A program made the translations under genes and the position numbers. DNA of 64,000 nt from Planctomycetota bacterium. Lineage in GTDB: Bacteria; Planctomycetota; UBA11346. The stretch spans positions 32,001 through 96,000 of the forward strand of contig JBBRLJ010000002.1 in NCBI GenBank assembly GCA_038231435.1. The letters are read 5' to 3'. Below are positions 18,842-29,466 of the stretch, piece after piece. How positions within the stretch are numbered: the first letter of the stretch is position 1; each line of letters starts with the position of its first letter. The notes below the pieces were generated by a model, which worked only from the letters and a program-made list of their open reading frames with translations, had not been told where the DNA came from and ran no database searches.

Positions 18842-19861
18842 TCACACGAATGCAGCGAGGCCGACCACCAGGAGCACCGCCGCTGCCGCAGCCGACCAGC
18901 CGAGGGCGGGATGCAGGGCGGCGCGGGTGTAGACGCTGGAAGTCGCCACATGGCCACGGTGCGAGCCCCGGGTGTGCCCTTCATCGCCGTGCGGCTCGTA
19001 TAGGCTGTCCACCCCATGGGGTGGCTCTGATGAGCGCTGGGCGGAATACATCGTACGTTCCATCATCCGGTCCGCGAGTCTGGGCATGAAGGTCTCCATC
19101 AGCGAAAACGCCCTCGCGGCGCCGCCGACGAAGATGTCGCGGTGCGGATGCACGGCGCAGGCCAGGATGGTATCCGCCACCACATCGGGCGCGTACACCG
19201 GACCCGGAAATCTGGGATGCACATCGAGGTGGTTGCGCGCATGGGCAGTGAAAGGAGTGTCGATGGACGAAGGTTTGACCAGCGTGACCACGATCGGCGA
19301 TCCCTCGGCCTCCAACTCCATGCGCAGGCCGTCGGTGTAGGCCTTCACCGCATGCTTGGAGGCGGCATAGATCCCCTGCAGGGGGATGACGCGCTCGGAC
19401 AGCACGCTGCCGATGTTGATGATGGTTCCCCCACTCGCGCGCAGATGCGGCACCGCCGCCCGGCATCCATGGACGACGCCCCAGAAGTTCACGTCGAACA
19501 GACGACGCTTCTCGGCGAGCGGGATCTGCGACAGCGTGCCGTAGATGGCGAGTCCGGCATTGTTCACCCAGGTATCGATGCGGCCATAGGCGCTGATTGC
19601 ATGCTCGGCGATGGCGAGGACCTGATCGGGATCGGCGACGTCCGCTGCGAAGTGAACCGCTTTACCGCCGCGTGAGCGGATGTCGGCGACGACTCCAGCG
19701 AGTTCACGATCGTCACGGGATGCGAGCACGACCTTCGCGCCGGCGGCAGCCGCCTTCAAGGCGGTGGCCAGGCCGATGCCGCTCGAGGCTCCGGTGATGA
19801 CGATGACTTGGTGGTCGATGGCCTTGGGCTGGAATCTTCGCGTCACGCGGTCGGTGCTCAT
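18842..19861 (-). CDS. Short-chain dehydrogenase/reductase
   Basis: TGASSGIG, NNAG, YAASK; GGAGG RBS. Confidence 0.93.
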   Translation of the reverse strand: MSTDRVTRRFQPKAIDHQVIVITGASSGIGLATALKAAAAGAKVVLASRDDRELAGVVADIRSRGGKAVHFAADVADPDQVLAIAEHAISAYGRIDTWVNNAGLAIYGTLSQIPLAEKRRLFDVNFWGVVHGCRAAVPHLRASGGTIINIGSVLSERVIPLQGIYAASKHAVKAYTDGLRMELEAEGSPIVVTLVKPSSIDTPFTAHARNHLDVHPRFPGPVYAPDVVADTILACAVHPHRDIFVGGAARAFSLMETFMPRLADRMMERTMYSAQRSSEPPHGVDSLYEPHGDEGHTRGSHRGHVATSSVYTRAALHPALGWSAAAAAVLLVVGLAAFV

Positions 19862-20087
19862 GACTGCCTCCAATCGACGGCCGACCTGCCTGAAGGGATT
19901 CCTCGGGCGATGCCGGCGATCATGGACTGGCAGTATACCTGCACGCGCGTCCCCACCCGTCCGAGGCGGGGAAGACCCTGCACAGCGCATCGCCTAATTC
20001 GCCGATGGATGCTTGAACGGCGCGACTAGTCGCGCTCATGTCCCTCATATCCATCCATGTCGATGCGGACATTCGGCAACGAGCGCC

Positions 20088-20855
20088 CTAGGCCGGCGAT
20101 CGGCCCACAATCTCGCCTCCGTGCAGGAATGGCTCGGTGCGCCCGCGCGGCTTGCCATCGGGACCGGCGACCACTTCGTCGGAATATTGGATGAGGTAGC
20201 TGCGGCGCGGCTTGCCGCTGCGATTGAAGCCACTGCGGTGCAGGGTGACACTCGAGAACACCGCGATCGATCCCGCCGGGGCGATGATCGGGATGCCCGG
20301 GTCGTCTCCCTGGTAGCCGACCAGGTCGTTGGTCACGGGATCGTGGATGTGCGGCTTGATCGATTTGCCGCCGGCGCGCGAGTATGGCAGTACGTAGACC
20401 GTGCCGTTCTCCTCGCTGACGTCATCGAGGGCGCACCAGCACGTCAGGTAGGGATTGTGCGGGATGTCGCCCACGTATCCGGAATCCTGGTGCCAGCTGA
20501 AGGTCATGCCGGCTTCAGCCATCTTCACCACATACTGCTCCCAGAACACGAAGGCTTCTGGCCCGAGCAACGAGCGACACAGCTCGGCCATGAGCTGGCT
20601 GTAGATGAACTCGAAGAGCGCTGGCTGCTTTTGCGATGTATGCCCGGAGAAATATCTGCTGCCGCGATGGTTGATGCCAATCACGTCGGTGCCGAGCTTG
20701 TCCATCTCGGCGTGCACCTCGTCGATGGCGAACTGGCAGTTGTCGCGCAGCAGCTTCACGTGCTCGTCGGGAATGGCGCGCTCGAGGATGAACCAGCCTT
20801 CTTCGTGGTATTGGCGGATCTGGGCATCGGTGATGCGGCAGGCGGTGGCGGTCAT
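20088..20855 (-). CDS. PhyH family dioxygenase
   Basis: YHEEGW, WHQD, WCALDD..ENG, LHRSG. Confidence 0.92.
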   Translation of the reverse strand: MTATACRITDAQIRQYHEEGWFILERAIPDEHVKLLRDNCQFAIDEVHAEMDKLGTDVIGINHRGSRYFSGHTSQKQPALFEFIYSQLMAELCRSLLGPEAFVFWEQYVVKMAEAGMTFSWHQDSGYVGDIPHNPYLTCWCALDDVSEENGTVYVLPYSRAGGKSIKPHIHDPVTNDLVGYQGDDPGIPIIAPAGSIAVFSSVTLHRSGFNRSGKPRRSYLIQYSDEVVAGPDGKPRGRTEPFLHGGEIVGRSPA

Positions 20856-21019
20856 GGCGGATGTTCTCCATTCTTCGGCGGATGGGACGTGGACGGATTG
20901 TTGTGGCTCGTCTCCGTGGGATCTTCGCTTCCAGGACGGTCGCTGCTTCTCAAGGCATGGCGGAAAGTTATCATTTTCTGCTGGAGAGCCCCGCCTGGGT
21001 CCTCCTGAAGGAGCCAGAC

Positions 21020-21841
21020 GTGAAGGAGGCGCTGCATCTGCCAGGCGACGTCGACGGCCGGGCCTGGCCGCACATCTACCGTGGCCGGCTGCATCCGCGC
21101 CACCACCACGAGGAGCTGGAATTCAACCTGGTGGTGCGCGGCACCGGACGCTACCTGCTCGACGATCGCCGTTACGACCTCGGACCCAACAGCCTGGTGT
21201 GGCTGTTCCCCGAGCAGGAACACGTGCTGATCGACATGTCCAAGGACTTCAGCATGTGGATCCTCGTGGTGAGCCCGCGCACCCTGCGCGCGCACTGCGC
21301 GGCCGCGCCGTACAGCGCACTGCTCGAGGGCAATCCACCCGGGCACTTCTGTCGACGGCTCACCGATCCCGATGCTCTGCAGCTGCGCCGCCTGCTGGAA
21401 GGCCTGCCCGCGGCGGAGCACGATCGCGCGCGCGCGAATGCAGGAATCGCCTACACCACGCTCGCTGGCTGGGCGATGTACGACCGCGCGCCGGACACCA
21501 TCGCCAGCGTGCGCCTGCATCCCGCGGTCGAGCGCGCGGCGAGCCTGCTCTCCAGGGATGACGCCGCCGATCTCGGGGCGGTGGCGGCGAAGGCGGGGCT
21601 CAGCCACTCGCGCTTGAGCCATCTTTTCCGCGAACAGACCGGCCAGACCCTCGCGGCCTACCGCAATCGCCAGCGCCTCGAGCGCTTCTTCGACGCGGCC
21701 TCGGATCGCAAGCGCACGCTGCTCGCGGCCGCGCTGGACGCGGGGTTCGGCAGTTATGCGCAATTCCACCGCATCTTCCGCAGCTTGGTCGGCGTCAGCC
21801 CCGCGACCTGGCAACGCCGCGCCGATGGCGAGCGCGGCTGA
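21020..21841 (+). CDS. AraC family transcriptional regulator
   Basis: Cupin HHHEELE; C-terminal double HTH (GFGSYAQFHRIFR); AAGGAG RBS. Confidence 0.9.
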   Translation: MKEALHLPGDVDGRAWPHIYRGRLHPRHHHEELEFNLVVRGTGRYLLDDRRYDLGPNSLVWLFPEQEHVLIDMSKDFSMWILVVSPRTLRAHCAAAPYSALLEGNPPGHFCRRLTDPDALQLRRLLEGLPAAEHDRARANAGIAYTTLAGWAMYDRAPDTIASVRLHPAVERAASLLSRDDAADLGAVAAKAGLSHSRLSHLFREQTGQTLAAYRNRQRLERFFDAASDRKRTLLAAALDAGFGSYAQFHRIFRSLVGVSPATWQRRADGERG

Positions 21842-21864
21842 GCATCATTAACAACAGCGGATAA

Positions 21865-22674
21865 TCAGCGGACTTTGCGGAAGCGCCCCGGCGGCTGGCC
21901 GGTGGCCTTGCGGAAGGCGGCGGTGAAGTAGTGCTCGTCGCGGAAGGCGCATGAGCGCGCGATGTCCTTGATCGGCATCGCAGAATGCGCGAGCAGATCC
22001 TTGGCGCGCTCGATGCGCACGTCGCCGAGCCAGCGCACCGGGCTGATCCCCCAGCGGCTCTTGAAGACATGGCGCAGATGGTCGGGGCCAACGCCCAGCG
22101 AATGCGCGATCTCGTCCACGCTCGAGATCTCGTGGTAGCGCTCCTTGATGCGCCGCCTGGCCTCCTCGGCCAACGCGTCCGCGCGCGAACGCCCCGAGCG
22201 CGAACCGGCGCGCCACGCGGCGACCAGATGCGCGAGCAGCGCCGAAGCGCGCAGATCGAGCGCGAGGCGCTCGGCGTCGCCCACGCCGGCGTGTTCGCGC
22301 GTCAGCGCGTGCAGTTCGCCCACTGCCCACGCGTCCTCGACCTCGCGGATGTGCAGGCAGCCCTGGAAGACCCGAGGCACGGGCGGGCGCATTTCGAGCT
22401 GGACGCAGAAGTCCTCGCCGGGTTGGCGCATCGATTGGTCGTGCTCGAGCGCCGGAGCGTAGACCACGACATCGCCCTGGGCGAAATCAAAGCCGGCACT
22501 CCCGGGGATGCTGCTGCGTCCCGCGCCGCGCGGATGGTAGACGATCTCGAGCCCGGCATGGGCATGCATCGGGCAATAACCCGGAACCGGTTGGCGGAAA
22601 CCGCACAGAAAACGCACGCGCCGCTCGGATAGGCAGCGTACCAGTTCAGCATCGGCCGGTTCTTCGCTGGGCAT
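21865..22674 (-). CDS. AraC family transcriptional regulator
   Basis: HAHAGLEI; IKDIA...YFTAAFRKATGQPP. Confidence 0.9.
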   Translation of the reverse strand: MPSEEPADAELVRCLSERRVRFLCGFRQPVPGYCPMHAHAGLEIVYHPRGAGRSSIPGSAGFDFAQGDVVVYAPALEHDQSMRQPGEDFCVQLEMRPPVPRVFQGCLHIREVEDAWAVGELHALTREHAGVGDAERLALDLRASALLAHLVAAWRAGSRSGRSRADALAEEARRRIKERYHEISSVDEIAHSLGVGPDHLRHVFKSRWGISPVRWLGDVRIERAKDLLAHSAMPIKDIARSCAFRDEHYFTAAFRKATGQPPGRFRKVR

Positions 22675-22834
22675 ATCCGAGTCTAGCGCCGTTAATCGGC
22701 ATGAACATATGCCATATTTGCTGTTCTTGTCATGTTTTGTGGATGTCAACCACCGAAAATCATCATCGGCACCGAACATCGGCCTTGTCTGGCGAGAGCC
22801 TTGGCGCCTATGATGCGGACACGGAGGTCGAGCC

Positions 22835-23806
22835 ATGGGTGCACGCGTCGTCTTCACCGGCAAACAGCAGGTCGTCTTGGAGGCGCATCCGGTGCAGGAG
22901 CCGGGACCAGGGATGGTGCGCCTGCGCACGCGCTGCTCGCTGATGAGCACTGGCACCGAGAACATCTGCTTCAACCGCCTGTTCGAACCCGGCAGCCATT
23001 GGGACAAGTGGGTGCGCTACCCCTTCTTCCCTGGCTACTCGACCATCGGCATCGTCGAGGCCGTCGGCAGCGGCTGCGAGGGCATCGCCATCGGCCAGCG
23101 CGTCGCCTGCCGCGCTCCGCACTCGTCGCATCCGCTCGTCGAAGCCTCACGCTGCTGTCCGGTTCCCGAGGGCATCGACGACCGTTCGGCCGCGTGGTTC
23201 GCGCTCTCCAAGATCGCGCGCGTCGGATCGTTGGCGGCGGACTACCGGCTTGGCGACCAGGTGCTGGTGATCGGTGCCGGGCCGATCGGCCAGATGACCG
23301 TGCGCTGGGCGGTCGCGGCCGGAGCCAAGGTAGTGATCGTCGTCGACAGCGTGGAGATGCGCCTGGGATTGGCCCGTGCCGGCGGCGCGACCCACGCCAT
23401 CGCCGCCACCGCCGACGCCTGCGCCGACGCCGTGAAGGCCGCATGCGGCGGGGTGCTGCCGCGCGTGGTCGTGGACACCACCGGCAATGAGCACGTGTTC
23501 CCGCATGCGCTCGCGCTCGCGCGCACACGTGGCACGGTGGTGATCCTCGGCGACACCGGCTCGCCGTCATTGCAGCGACTCACCCCCGACGTCATCACCC
23601 GCGGCCTGTCGATCGTCGGCGCGCATGATCTGCTCGAAGAGGACCGCCCACATGTCGCGTTATTCTATGCGCTCGCCACCACCGGTCGCTTCGCGCTGAG
23701 CGGCCTGAACACCGACGTGTTCAAGCCCGACCAGTGCGCGGCGGCATATGCGGCCGCCAATACCCGACGTGGCGAGACCATGGGGATCATCTTCGACTGG
23801 GCGTGA
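22835..23806 (+). CDS. MDR / zinc-binding alcohol dehydrogenase family
   Basis: STGTE, PGYS, GAGPIG; GGAGG RBS. Confidence 0.9.
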   Translation: MGARVVFTGKQQVVLEAHPVQEPGPGMVRLRTRCSLMSTGTENICFNRLFEPGSHWDKWVRYPFFPGYSTIGIVEAVGSGCEGIAIGQRVACRAPHSSHPLVEASRCCPVPEGIDDRSAAWFALSKIARVGSLAADYRLGDQVLVIGAGPIGQMTVRWAVAAGAKVVIVVDSVEMRLGLARAGGATHAIAATADACADAVKAACGGVLPRVVVDTTGNEHVFPHALALARTRGTVVILGDTGSPSLQRLTPDVITRGLSIVGAHDLLEEDRPHVALFYALATTGRFALSGLNTDVFKPDQCAAAYAAANTRRGETMGIIFDWA

Positions 23807-23815
23807 GCTATTTTT

Positions 23816-24233
23816 TCAGGGGCTTCGCCCCTACGGCCCGTTGGGCCTACCCCACGGGCTTTGTCGCGGTTCGCTTTCGCCGCGGCGGCGAAAGCGTCGG
23901 CGGATCGGCTACGCCGATTGTATCCGCCGACCACCGCTCGGCGCCCGCCCCATCGCAGAGCGATGGGGCCCCCGTCCAGTCACCGGCCACCGAGCACTGG
24001 TTTGCGTGGCAGGTATGATTCTGGGGCTTCGCCCCTACGGCCCGTTGGGCCTACCCCATGGGCTTTGTCGCGGTTCGATATCGCATCTTCCAACCGGCGG
24101 CGCAGCCGCTCGGACGCCGAGTCCTGGTTTGCGTGAATAATGGGCGCAGCCCATCACGCAAACTTTCTGGCCGCCCGGCGGCCAGAAAGAAGGACGACAA
24201 AGACCGTGGGGGCCCGGGGGCAGAGCCCCCGCA
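23816..24233. repeat. Composite of structured repeats: A forward, partial A forward, B reverse
   Basis: GGGGCTTCGCCCCTACGG at ~23819 and ~24023; reverse B unit ~24126-24233 matches 9421-9546. Confidence 0.92.
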
Positions 24234-24243
24234 ATGATGAACG

Positions 24244-24726
24244 TCAGGCGACGCCTGGTTTTCCTAGGACGTGGCGGATCAGGCCGAGTTGGCCGAGGTG
24301 GTAGGCTTCGTGCCATTGCAGGAAGCGGGCGGCGCCGGCGACAGTGTCGGAGCCATCGGGCAGCTTGCGGCCGAATGGCGCCTGGCCGGCTTCGGCGCTC
24401 AGGGTCGCCAGGCCACCGGTGATGACCAGACCGCCGTGATGGAAGGCGCGCACCAGGTCCGCCGCATCCGCGCCGCCCTCGGCCGCGGGCTTGCTGCCGC
24501 GGGCGAAGGAACCTTCCCACGGAGACTGCGCGACGGTGATGCCGAGCTTGCGCGCGAGACCCATGCGCATCGAGGCGAGATGGCCGACGATCCATAGCGC
24601 GTGGCTGGCGCCGGCGAGCTGATGCGTCCAGTCGGCGGGCGAGAAGCCCTCGATCAGCCGGTCGAGCATGCGGTCCTGGAATTGGAAGAAGCCGATCAGC
24701 GGCTTCAGTGTCGGGTCACCGCTCAT
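24244..24726 (-). CDS. DinB/DUF664-like protein
   Basis: WIVGHL and HEAYHLGQL metal-binding histidines. Confidence 0.85.
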   Translation of the reverse strand: MSGDPTLKPLIGFFQFQDRMLDRLIEGFSPADWTHQLAGASHALWIVGHLASMRMGLARKLGITVAQSPWEGSFARGSKPAAEGGADAADLVRAFHHGGLVITGGLATLSAEAGQAPFGRKLPDGSDTVAGAARFLQWHEAYHLGQLGLIRHVLGKPGVA

Positions 24727-24871
24727 GCGGCCGCGGCGGACGATGCGCCCGCGATGGGGATGTGGAACATGGCTTGCCGATTCCTCGTTTCGCGATTTGA
24801 ACCGCCCCTGGCGGCAGTCCAGCGGGCAGTCCAGCGAAAGGCCCCGCTCGGGCATGAACTCTGCACCGCCC

Positions 24872-25786
24872 TCAGCAATCCTCGGCGCCGAAGATCGCCA
24901 CCCGCGCGCGCCCATCGGCGCCGATGATGCCGCGGAACATGTCGCCATCCTGGACCATGGCCGCGCGGCCATCGCGGCGCAGCACGATGCAGCCGCCGTC
25001 GCCATCGTAGCGGCGCACCAGCTCGAGGCCCCGACGCGCGGCGTCGCCGGGATCGGATCCGCCGGCGATCAGCATGGCGATGGTGTGGGCGAAGGCGGCG
25101 CGGATGAAGGCCTCGCCCTTGCCGGTCGCCGAGATCGCGCAGGCCTGGTCGGCCCAGGTGCCCGAGCCGATCAACGGGCAATCGCCAACGCGCCCGGGCA
25201 TCTTGCCGGTGACGCCGCCGGTCGAGGTCGCCGCCGCCAGTCTTCCAGCACCGTCGAGCGCGACCGCGCCCACCGTGCCCTGCGTCGACGGCGGCTGCTT
25301 GGCAGCCACCAACGCAAGCTCCTCGCGTGCCCTTTCGGTGATGAACCAGTCCTGGTCGGCGCGCTCGGCCCCCTGCGCGAGCGCGAAGGACTCGGCTCCA
25401 GGGCCTACCAGCAGCACGTGTGGCGTGCGTTCCATCACCAGGCGCGCCGCCTGCACGGGGTGGCGCAGGCAGGTGACGCAGGCGACCGCGCCAGCTCTGC
25501 CGTCGCTTCCGTCCATGATCGCGGCGTCGAGCTCGGCGCGTCCATCGCTCGTCAGCGCGCAGCCGCGTCCGGCGTTGAATGACGCGTCATCCTCGAGCAC
25601 CCGCACCGCGGCCTCGACCGCGGTCAGCGCGTCGCCGCCACCAGCGAGGATCTGATGCCCGGACGCCAGTGCCGCGCGCAATCCGGTCCGGGCGAGCGCA
25701 TCACGCTCGGCGCCGAAGCGCGCGCGCTCGATCGCGCCTGCCCCGCCATGGACGATCAGTATCGGTGAACCCTGTGCCGGCGACAT
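24872..25786 (-). CDS. iaaA: Isoaspartyl peptidase / L-asparaginase (Ntn hydrolase)
   Basis: IVHGGAG, FNAGRG, ELDAAIMDG, GTVGAVALD, TSTGG, GRVGD. Confidence 0.92.
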   Translation of the reverse strand: MSPAQGSPILIVHGGAGAIERARFGAERDALARTGLRAALASGHQILAGGGDALTAVEAAVRVLEDDASFNAGRGCALTSDGRAELDAAIMDGSDGRAGAVACVTCLRHPVQAARLVMERTPHVLLVGPGAESFALAQGAERADQDWFITERAREELALVAAKQPPSTQGTVGAVALDGAGRLAAATSTGGVTGKMPGRVGDCPLIGSGTWADQACAISATGKGEAFIRAAFAHTIAMLIAGGSDPGDAARRGLELVRRYDGDGGCIVLRRDGRAAMVQDGDMFRGIIGADGRARVAIFGAEDC

Positions 25787-26949
25787 CAGCAGGCGCGGTC
25801 GCGTCGCCGACTGAAACGAGCCCAAGCGAAACCCAGTGCGGCGAGCACCAGCCCGGTGGAGCCCGAGGACAGCCCGCACTTCTTGCTGCTGCCGCTGGGC
25901 ACCGGATAGCCGACGGTCTGGGCGATGCTGCCAGTACCAGCGGTTGAGACGTCGAGCCTCGCGAGGGCATTGCCGTTCTGCTCGGAGAACCACACGTTCC
26001 CATCCGGGCCGACGCAGATGTCGAGAGGACCCGACGCGGCGGTGGGGATCGCGTATTCGGTGATCGCCCCGGCGGTGGTGATCACGCCGATCTGGTTCGA
26101 GGCGAACTCGGTGAACCACAAGGCCGCCGAGCCGGCCGGGCCGGAGACGATTCCGGCGGGCTGGCTGCCGCCGGTGGGGATCGTGTATTCGGTGTAAGCG
26201 CCCGCGGTGGTCATGCGCGCGATGCGGCCGAGGTTGAGTTCGGTGAACCACAGCGCGCCATCCGGACCGACGGTGATCTTGAACGGCTGCGAGCCGCCGT
26301 TGGTCGCGATCTCGGTGACCACGCCGGCGGTGGTGATGCGGCCGATGTGGTCGCGGCCCGATTCGGTGAACCACAGCGCACCGTCCGGCGCCGCCACGAT
26401 GGAGTCTGGCAGCGAGCCAGCGGTGAGTGGAAATTCCGTGATCGTTCCGGCGGTGGTGATCATGCCGATCTTGGCGACCGCGGATTCGCAGAACCACAGG
26501 TTGCCGTCGGGGCCGACCGCCATGCCGCGCGGCTGCGCGCCGGCGGTCATGCCCGCGGTATAACGCGTGATGACCCCGAGCGGGGTGCACGAAGCGATGG
26601 CGTTGCCGAGCTTCTCGGCCGACCACAGGTTGCCATCGGGCCCGGTGACCACCTCGCCGAGGCGCGAGATGCCGGCGGAGGCGTATTCGGTGATGGCGCC
26701 GGCGGTGGTCATGGTGCCGAACTGCGTCGCCTCGCCGAACCACAGGTTGCCGTCGGGTCCGGTGGTCACGCCGGATGGCGCGGCCGCGGCGGTGGTGACC
26801 GGGAACTCGGTGATGGTCACCGCCTGGACCGATGCCGAGCACCCGAGCAGCAGGGCCATGGCCAAGCACGCATGGACGGCGGGCCGTGCGGGGATCCAGG
26901 GGTCGAAGCGGTTGATGCGGTTGAGGCTGGCATGCAGGCGGGCGGGCAT
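25786..26949 (-). CDS. Secreted Vgb-like beta-propeller protein with C-terminal Cys-TM-basic sorting signal
   Basis: Repeated GPDGNLWF / GPDGALWFTE blades; ends KKCGLSSGSTGLVLAALGFAWARFSRRR; start uncertain. Confidence 0.85.
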   Translation of the reverse strand: MPARLHASLNRINRFDPWIPARPAVHACLAMALLLGCSASVQAVTITEFPVTTAAAAPSGVTTGPDGNLWFGEATQFGTMTTAGAITEYASAGISRLGEVVTGPDGNLWSAEKLGNAIASCTPLGVITRYTAGMTAGAQPRGMAVGPDGNLWFCESAVAKIGMITTAGTITEFPLTAGSLPDSIVAAPDGALWFTESGRDHIGRITTAGVVTEIATNGGSQPFKITVGPDGALWFTELNLGRIARMTTAGAYTEYTIPTGGSQPAGIVSGPAGSAALWFTEFASNQIGVITTAGAITEYAIPTAASGPLDICVGPDGNVWFSEQNGNALARLDVSTAGTGSIAQTVGYPVPSGSSKKCGLSSGSTGLVLAALGFAWARFSRRRDRAC

Positions 26950-27002
26950 CGCGGGACTCCGGTCGCTCGGGGAAGGCCCCTTGTGCAGGTACGGGCCGAG
27001 CT

Positions 27003-28091
27003 TCAATGGTTTTCGCGGGAATGGTTTTCGCGGGAATGGTTTTTGCCGTCGCCCGCGGGCAGCGGCGCCAAGCGCGCGCGGATCTCGGCGATCGCCGGCG
27101 GCGGCTCGGCCCCCCAGCCACGCTCGATCAGCGATAGATGGTTGGCCGCCAGCACGACCACATCGTCGACCCCCTCGAGCCGCGCCGATTCCAACGCCAC
27201 CGCGCCGTCGCCACTGCCGTCCTCGAGCGCGCGCAGCGAACCCTTCCAGCCCTCGAGCGCGTCCGCAGGCACCGCGCCGTGGCTCCTGCCCCAATCGATC
27301 AGCTCATCCACATGGGAGCGGGTGACCGGACTGGACCTGCCGGCGAGGATGGTGAGCACGACCCCCGTGGGCGCTGGTCGGGCATTGAGCCGGCGCAGGA
27401 ACGCGCTGTCCGGCAGCAGATCGATGCCCGCCTCGCCGTGCCCGTTGGCCAACGCCCCGCGCCACGACCACTGTCCGCCGAACAACTTCACCGCCTGCTC
27501 GCGAGTCTCGGACGCCAGGCGGAAGCGCGCCAACTGCGAACCATGGTTCGGCGGCGCCACCATGATCAGCCGGCGGACGTCGGGCAGATCCGCATGAGCG
27601 GATCCAGTACCGGCGTACCCGTCGGGCGAGGTCAGCAGCTCGCGGCTGACCAGGCCGCCCATGCTATGGCTGACCAGATCGACGCGCCGTGCGCCGCGCC
27701 CATGCGCCGCGGCGAGCGCGGCGTGCAGCAGCACGGCGCTCGCCGGTACCGTCTGATCGTTGGGATAGACGAACTCGCAGACCGTGAGCGCGTCGCCCTG
27801 CAGCGCCGGCACCACATCCTTCCAGCAGGTGCCCGGTTCGTCGAGGCCGTGCACCAGCACCACCAGCTCGGCGGGCAAGGCCGACATCGAGCTGGCATCG
27901 ACAGTCTCGCCGCCCACATGCACGCGCAGGCCGAACTCGGGCAACGTGCCCGATACGGTTGCTGCCGGAGGAGCGGACTGTGCGGACGCTGGCGTCGCTG
28001 CGTCCTGAACGGCTTCTTGCGCACGGAGCTGCGGACCGGTGCCAGCAGCCAGGACCAGCATGAGCAACACCGTGAAACCGCGCACGCGCAT
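27003..28091 (-). CDS. Secreted alpha/beta hydrolase (lipase/esterase-like)
   Basis: VLVHGL, SHSMGG nucleophile elbow, PPNHGS, GDGAV, NH. Confidence 0.88.
   Translation of the reverse strand: MRVRGFTVLLMLVLAAGTGPQLRAQEAVQDAATPASAQSAPPAATVSGTLPEFGLRVHVGGETVDASSMSALPAELVVLVHGLDEPGTCWKDVVPALQGDALTVCEFVYPNDQTVPASAVLLHAALAAAHGRGARRVDLVSHSMGGLVSRELLTSPDGYAGTGSAHADLPDVRRLIMVAPPNHGSQLARFRLASETREQAVKLFGGQWSWRGALANGHGEAGIDLLPDSAFLRRLNARPAPTGVVLTILAGRSSPVTRSHVDELIDWGRSHGAVPADALEGWKGSLRALEDGSGDGAVALESARLEGVDDVVVLAANHLSLIERGWGAEPPPAIAEIRARLAPLPAGDGKNHSRENHSRENH
27005..27043. repeat. 15-bp tandem repeat (AATGGTTTTCGCGGG x2.6)
   Basis: Seen directly; encodes NHSRENHSRENH at the hydrolase C-terminus. Confidence 0.9.
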
Positions 28092-28099
28092 CGACCGGC

Positions 28100-29341
28100 T
28101 CAGCCGCGGCCGGACTTGGACTTGGTTTTCGCCTTGGCAGGAAGCCTGCGGGCGGGCTTGGCCGTCAGCGCCTGGTTGCGGCGGATGAGCGCGATGCGCT
28201 GCTCGACGCAGGCGCGCGAGCGCAGCGGATCCTCGGGCGTGTTCACCACGTAATCGAGCATGCGCTCGATGCTGGTGGCGGCGACGTGGCAGCGCGTGTC
28301 CGAGGACGCGTAGTAGATGAACAGGTCGCCATTGGCGCGCGCCACCGCGGCGTTGCAGAAGATGACGTTCGACACGTCGCCGACGCGTTCCGGGCCGACC
28401 GGAGCGATCAGGTAGCCGCTCGGACGATGGGTGACGCGCTCGGGATGGGCGAGATCGCTGAGGAAGGCGTAGACCACGTAGCGCAGACCGGCGGCGGTGT
28501 TGCGCACGCCATGGGCGATGTGCAGCCAACCGGCGCGGGTCTTGATCGGCGCTGGCCCCTGGCCGTTCTTCACCTCTTTGATGGTGTGGTAGAGCTTGGC
28601 CTCGATCACCCGCTCCTCGCTGACCTGGGCACGCTCGATCGAATCGGCGAGCGCCCAACCGATGCCGCCACCGGAGCCCGGATTGATGAAATCATCCTGC
28701 GGCCTGGTGTAGAAGGCGTACTTGCCGCCGACGAATTCCGGGTGCAGCACGACATTGCGCTGCTGCGGCGAGCGTGAGGCGAAATCAGGCAGGCGCTGCC
28801 AGGTCTTGAGATCCTTGGTGCGCGCGATGCCGCACTGCGCGACCGCGCTCGAGGTGTCTCCGGGGGACGCCTTCGGATCCTTGCGCTCGGTGCAGAACAG
28901 GCCGTAGATCCAGCCATCCTGGTGCTTGACCAGGCGCATATCGTAGACGTTGACGTCGGGCTGGTCGGTCTCGGGCATCAGCACCGGCTCGTCCCAGAAG
29001 CGGAAGCCGTCGACCGCGCTCGAACTCTCGGCCACCGCGAAGAATGATTTGCGATCCGCGCCCTCCACACGGCACATCAGGTGGATCTTGCCGTTGAGCT
29101 CGATGGCGCCGGGATTGAACACCGCGTTGATCCCGAGGCGCTCCATCATGAAGGGATTGCTCTTGGGATTCAAATCGTAGCGCCACGCCAGCGGCACGTG
29201 GGCATCGGTCACCACAGGATCGACGAAGCGGTAATAGACGCCGTTCGACCACGAGGCGTCGACGCGGTTCTTGCGCGCGATCAGACGTTTATGCTCGGCG
29301 GTGAGCCTGGCGAGTCGGGCGGACGGCGAGGGCTTCGGCAT
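28100..29341 (-). CDS. GH130 glycoside phosphorylase (4-O-beta-D-mannosyl-D-glucose phosphorylase-like)
   Basis: WRYDLN...[40 protein letters not shown]. Confidence 0.92.
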   Translation of the reverse strand: MPKPSPSARLARLTAEHKRLIARKNRVDASWSNGVYYRFVDPVVTDAHVPLAWRYDLNPKSNPFMMERLGINAVFNPGAIELNGKIHLMCRVEGADRKSFFAVAESSSAVDGFRFWDEPVLMPETDQPDVNVYDMRLVKHQDGWIYGLFCTERKDPKASPGDTSSAVAQCGIARTKDLKTWQRLPDFASRSPQQRNVVLHPEFVGGKYAFYTRPQDDFINPGSGGGIGWALADSIERAQVSEERVIEAKLYHTIKEVKNGQGPAPIKTRAGWLHIAHGVRNTAAGLRYVVYAFLSDLAHPERVTHRPSGYLIAPVGPERVGDVSNVIFCNAAVARANGDLFIYYASSDTRCHVAATSIERMLDYVVNTPEDPLRSRACVEQRIALIRRNQALTAKPARRLPAKAKTKSKSGRG

Positions 29342-29466
29342 GCATGCACTCCGGGTGGGCCCGGATGGTGGCCCCCTGCCCCGACCAGGCAAGCCGCAGC
29401 CGCCTGGAAATACGTCTCAATGCATGGGCGGAGGGCCGTCCAACGACGCCCGGCCCTGAAGGGCGC

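Noticed and set aside
19928..19943. Sigma-54 promoter-like TGGCAGTATACCTGCA
   Set aside because: It is on the + strand while the flanking genes are on the - strand, and the match is weak
25786..26949. Streptogramin B resistance gene (vgb)
   Set aside because: Only the propeller repeats are shared; the export and anchor signals indicate a surface protein, and catalytic residues were not verified
24872..27121. 749-aa fusion ORF ending in asparaginase
   Set aside because: The N-terminal part is an Arg-rich shadow frame over the Vgb-like gene; the real start is 25786, coupled to the upstream stop
27003..28658. 551-aa extended hydrolase
   Set aside because: The extension overlaps the GH130 gene; a signal peptide starts at 28091
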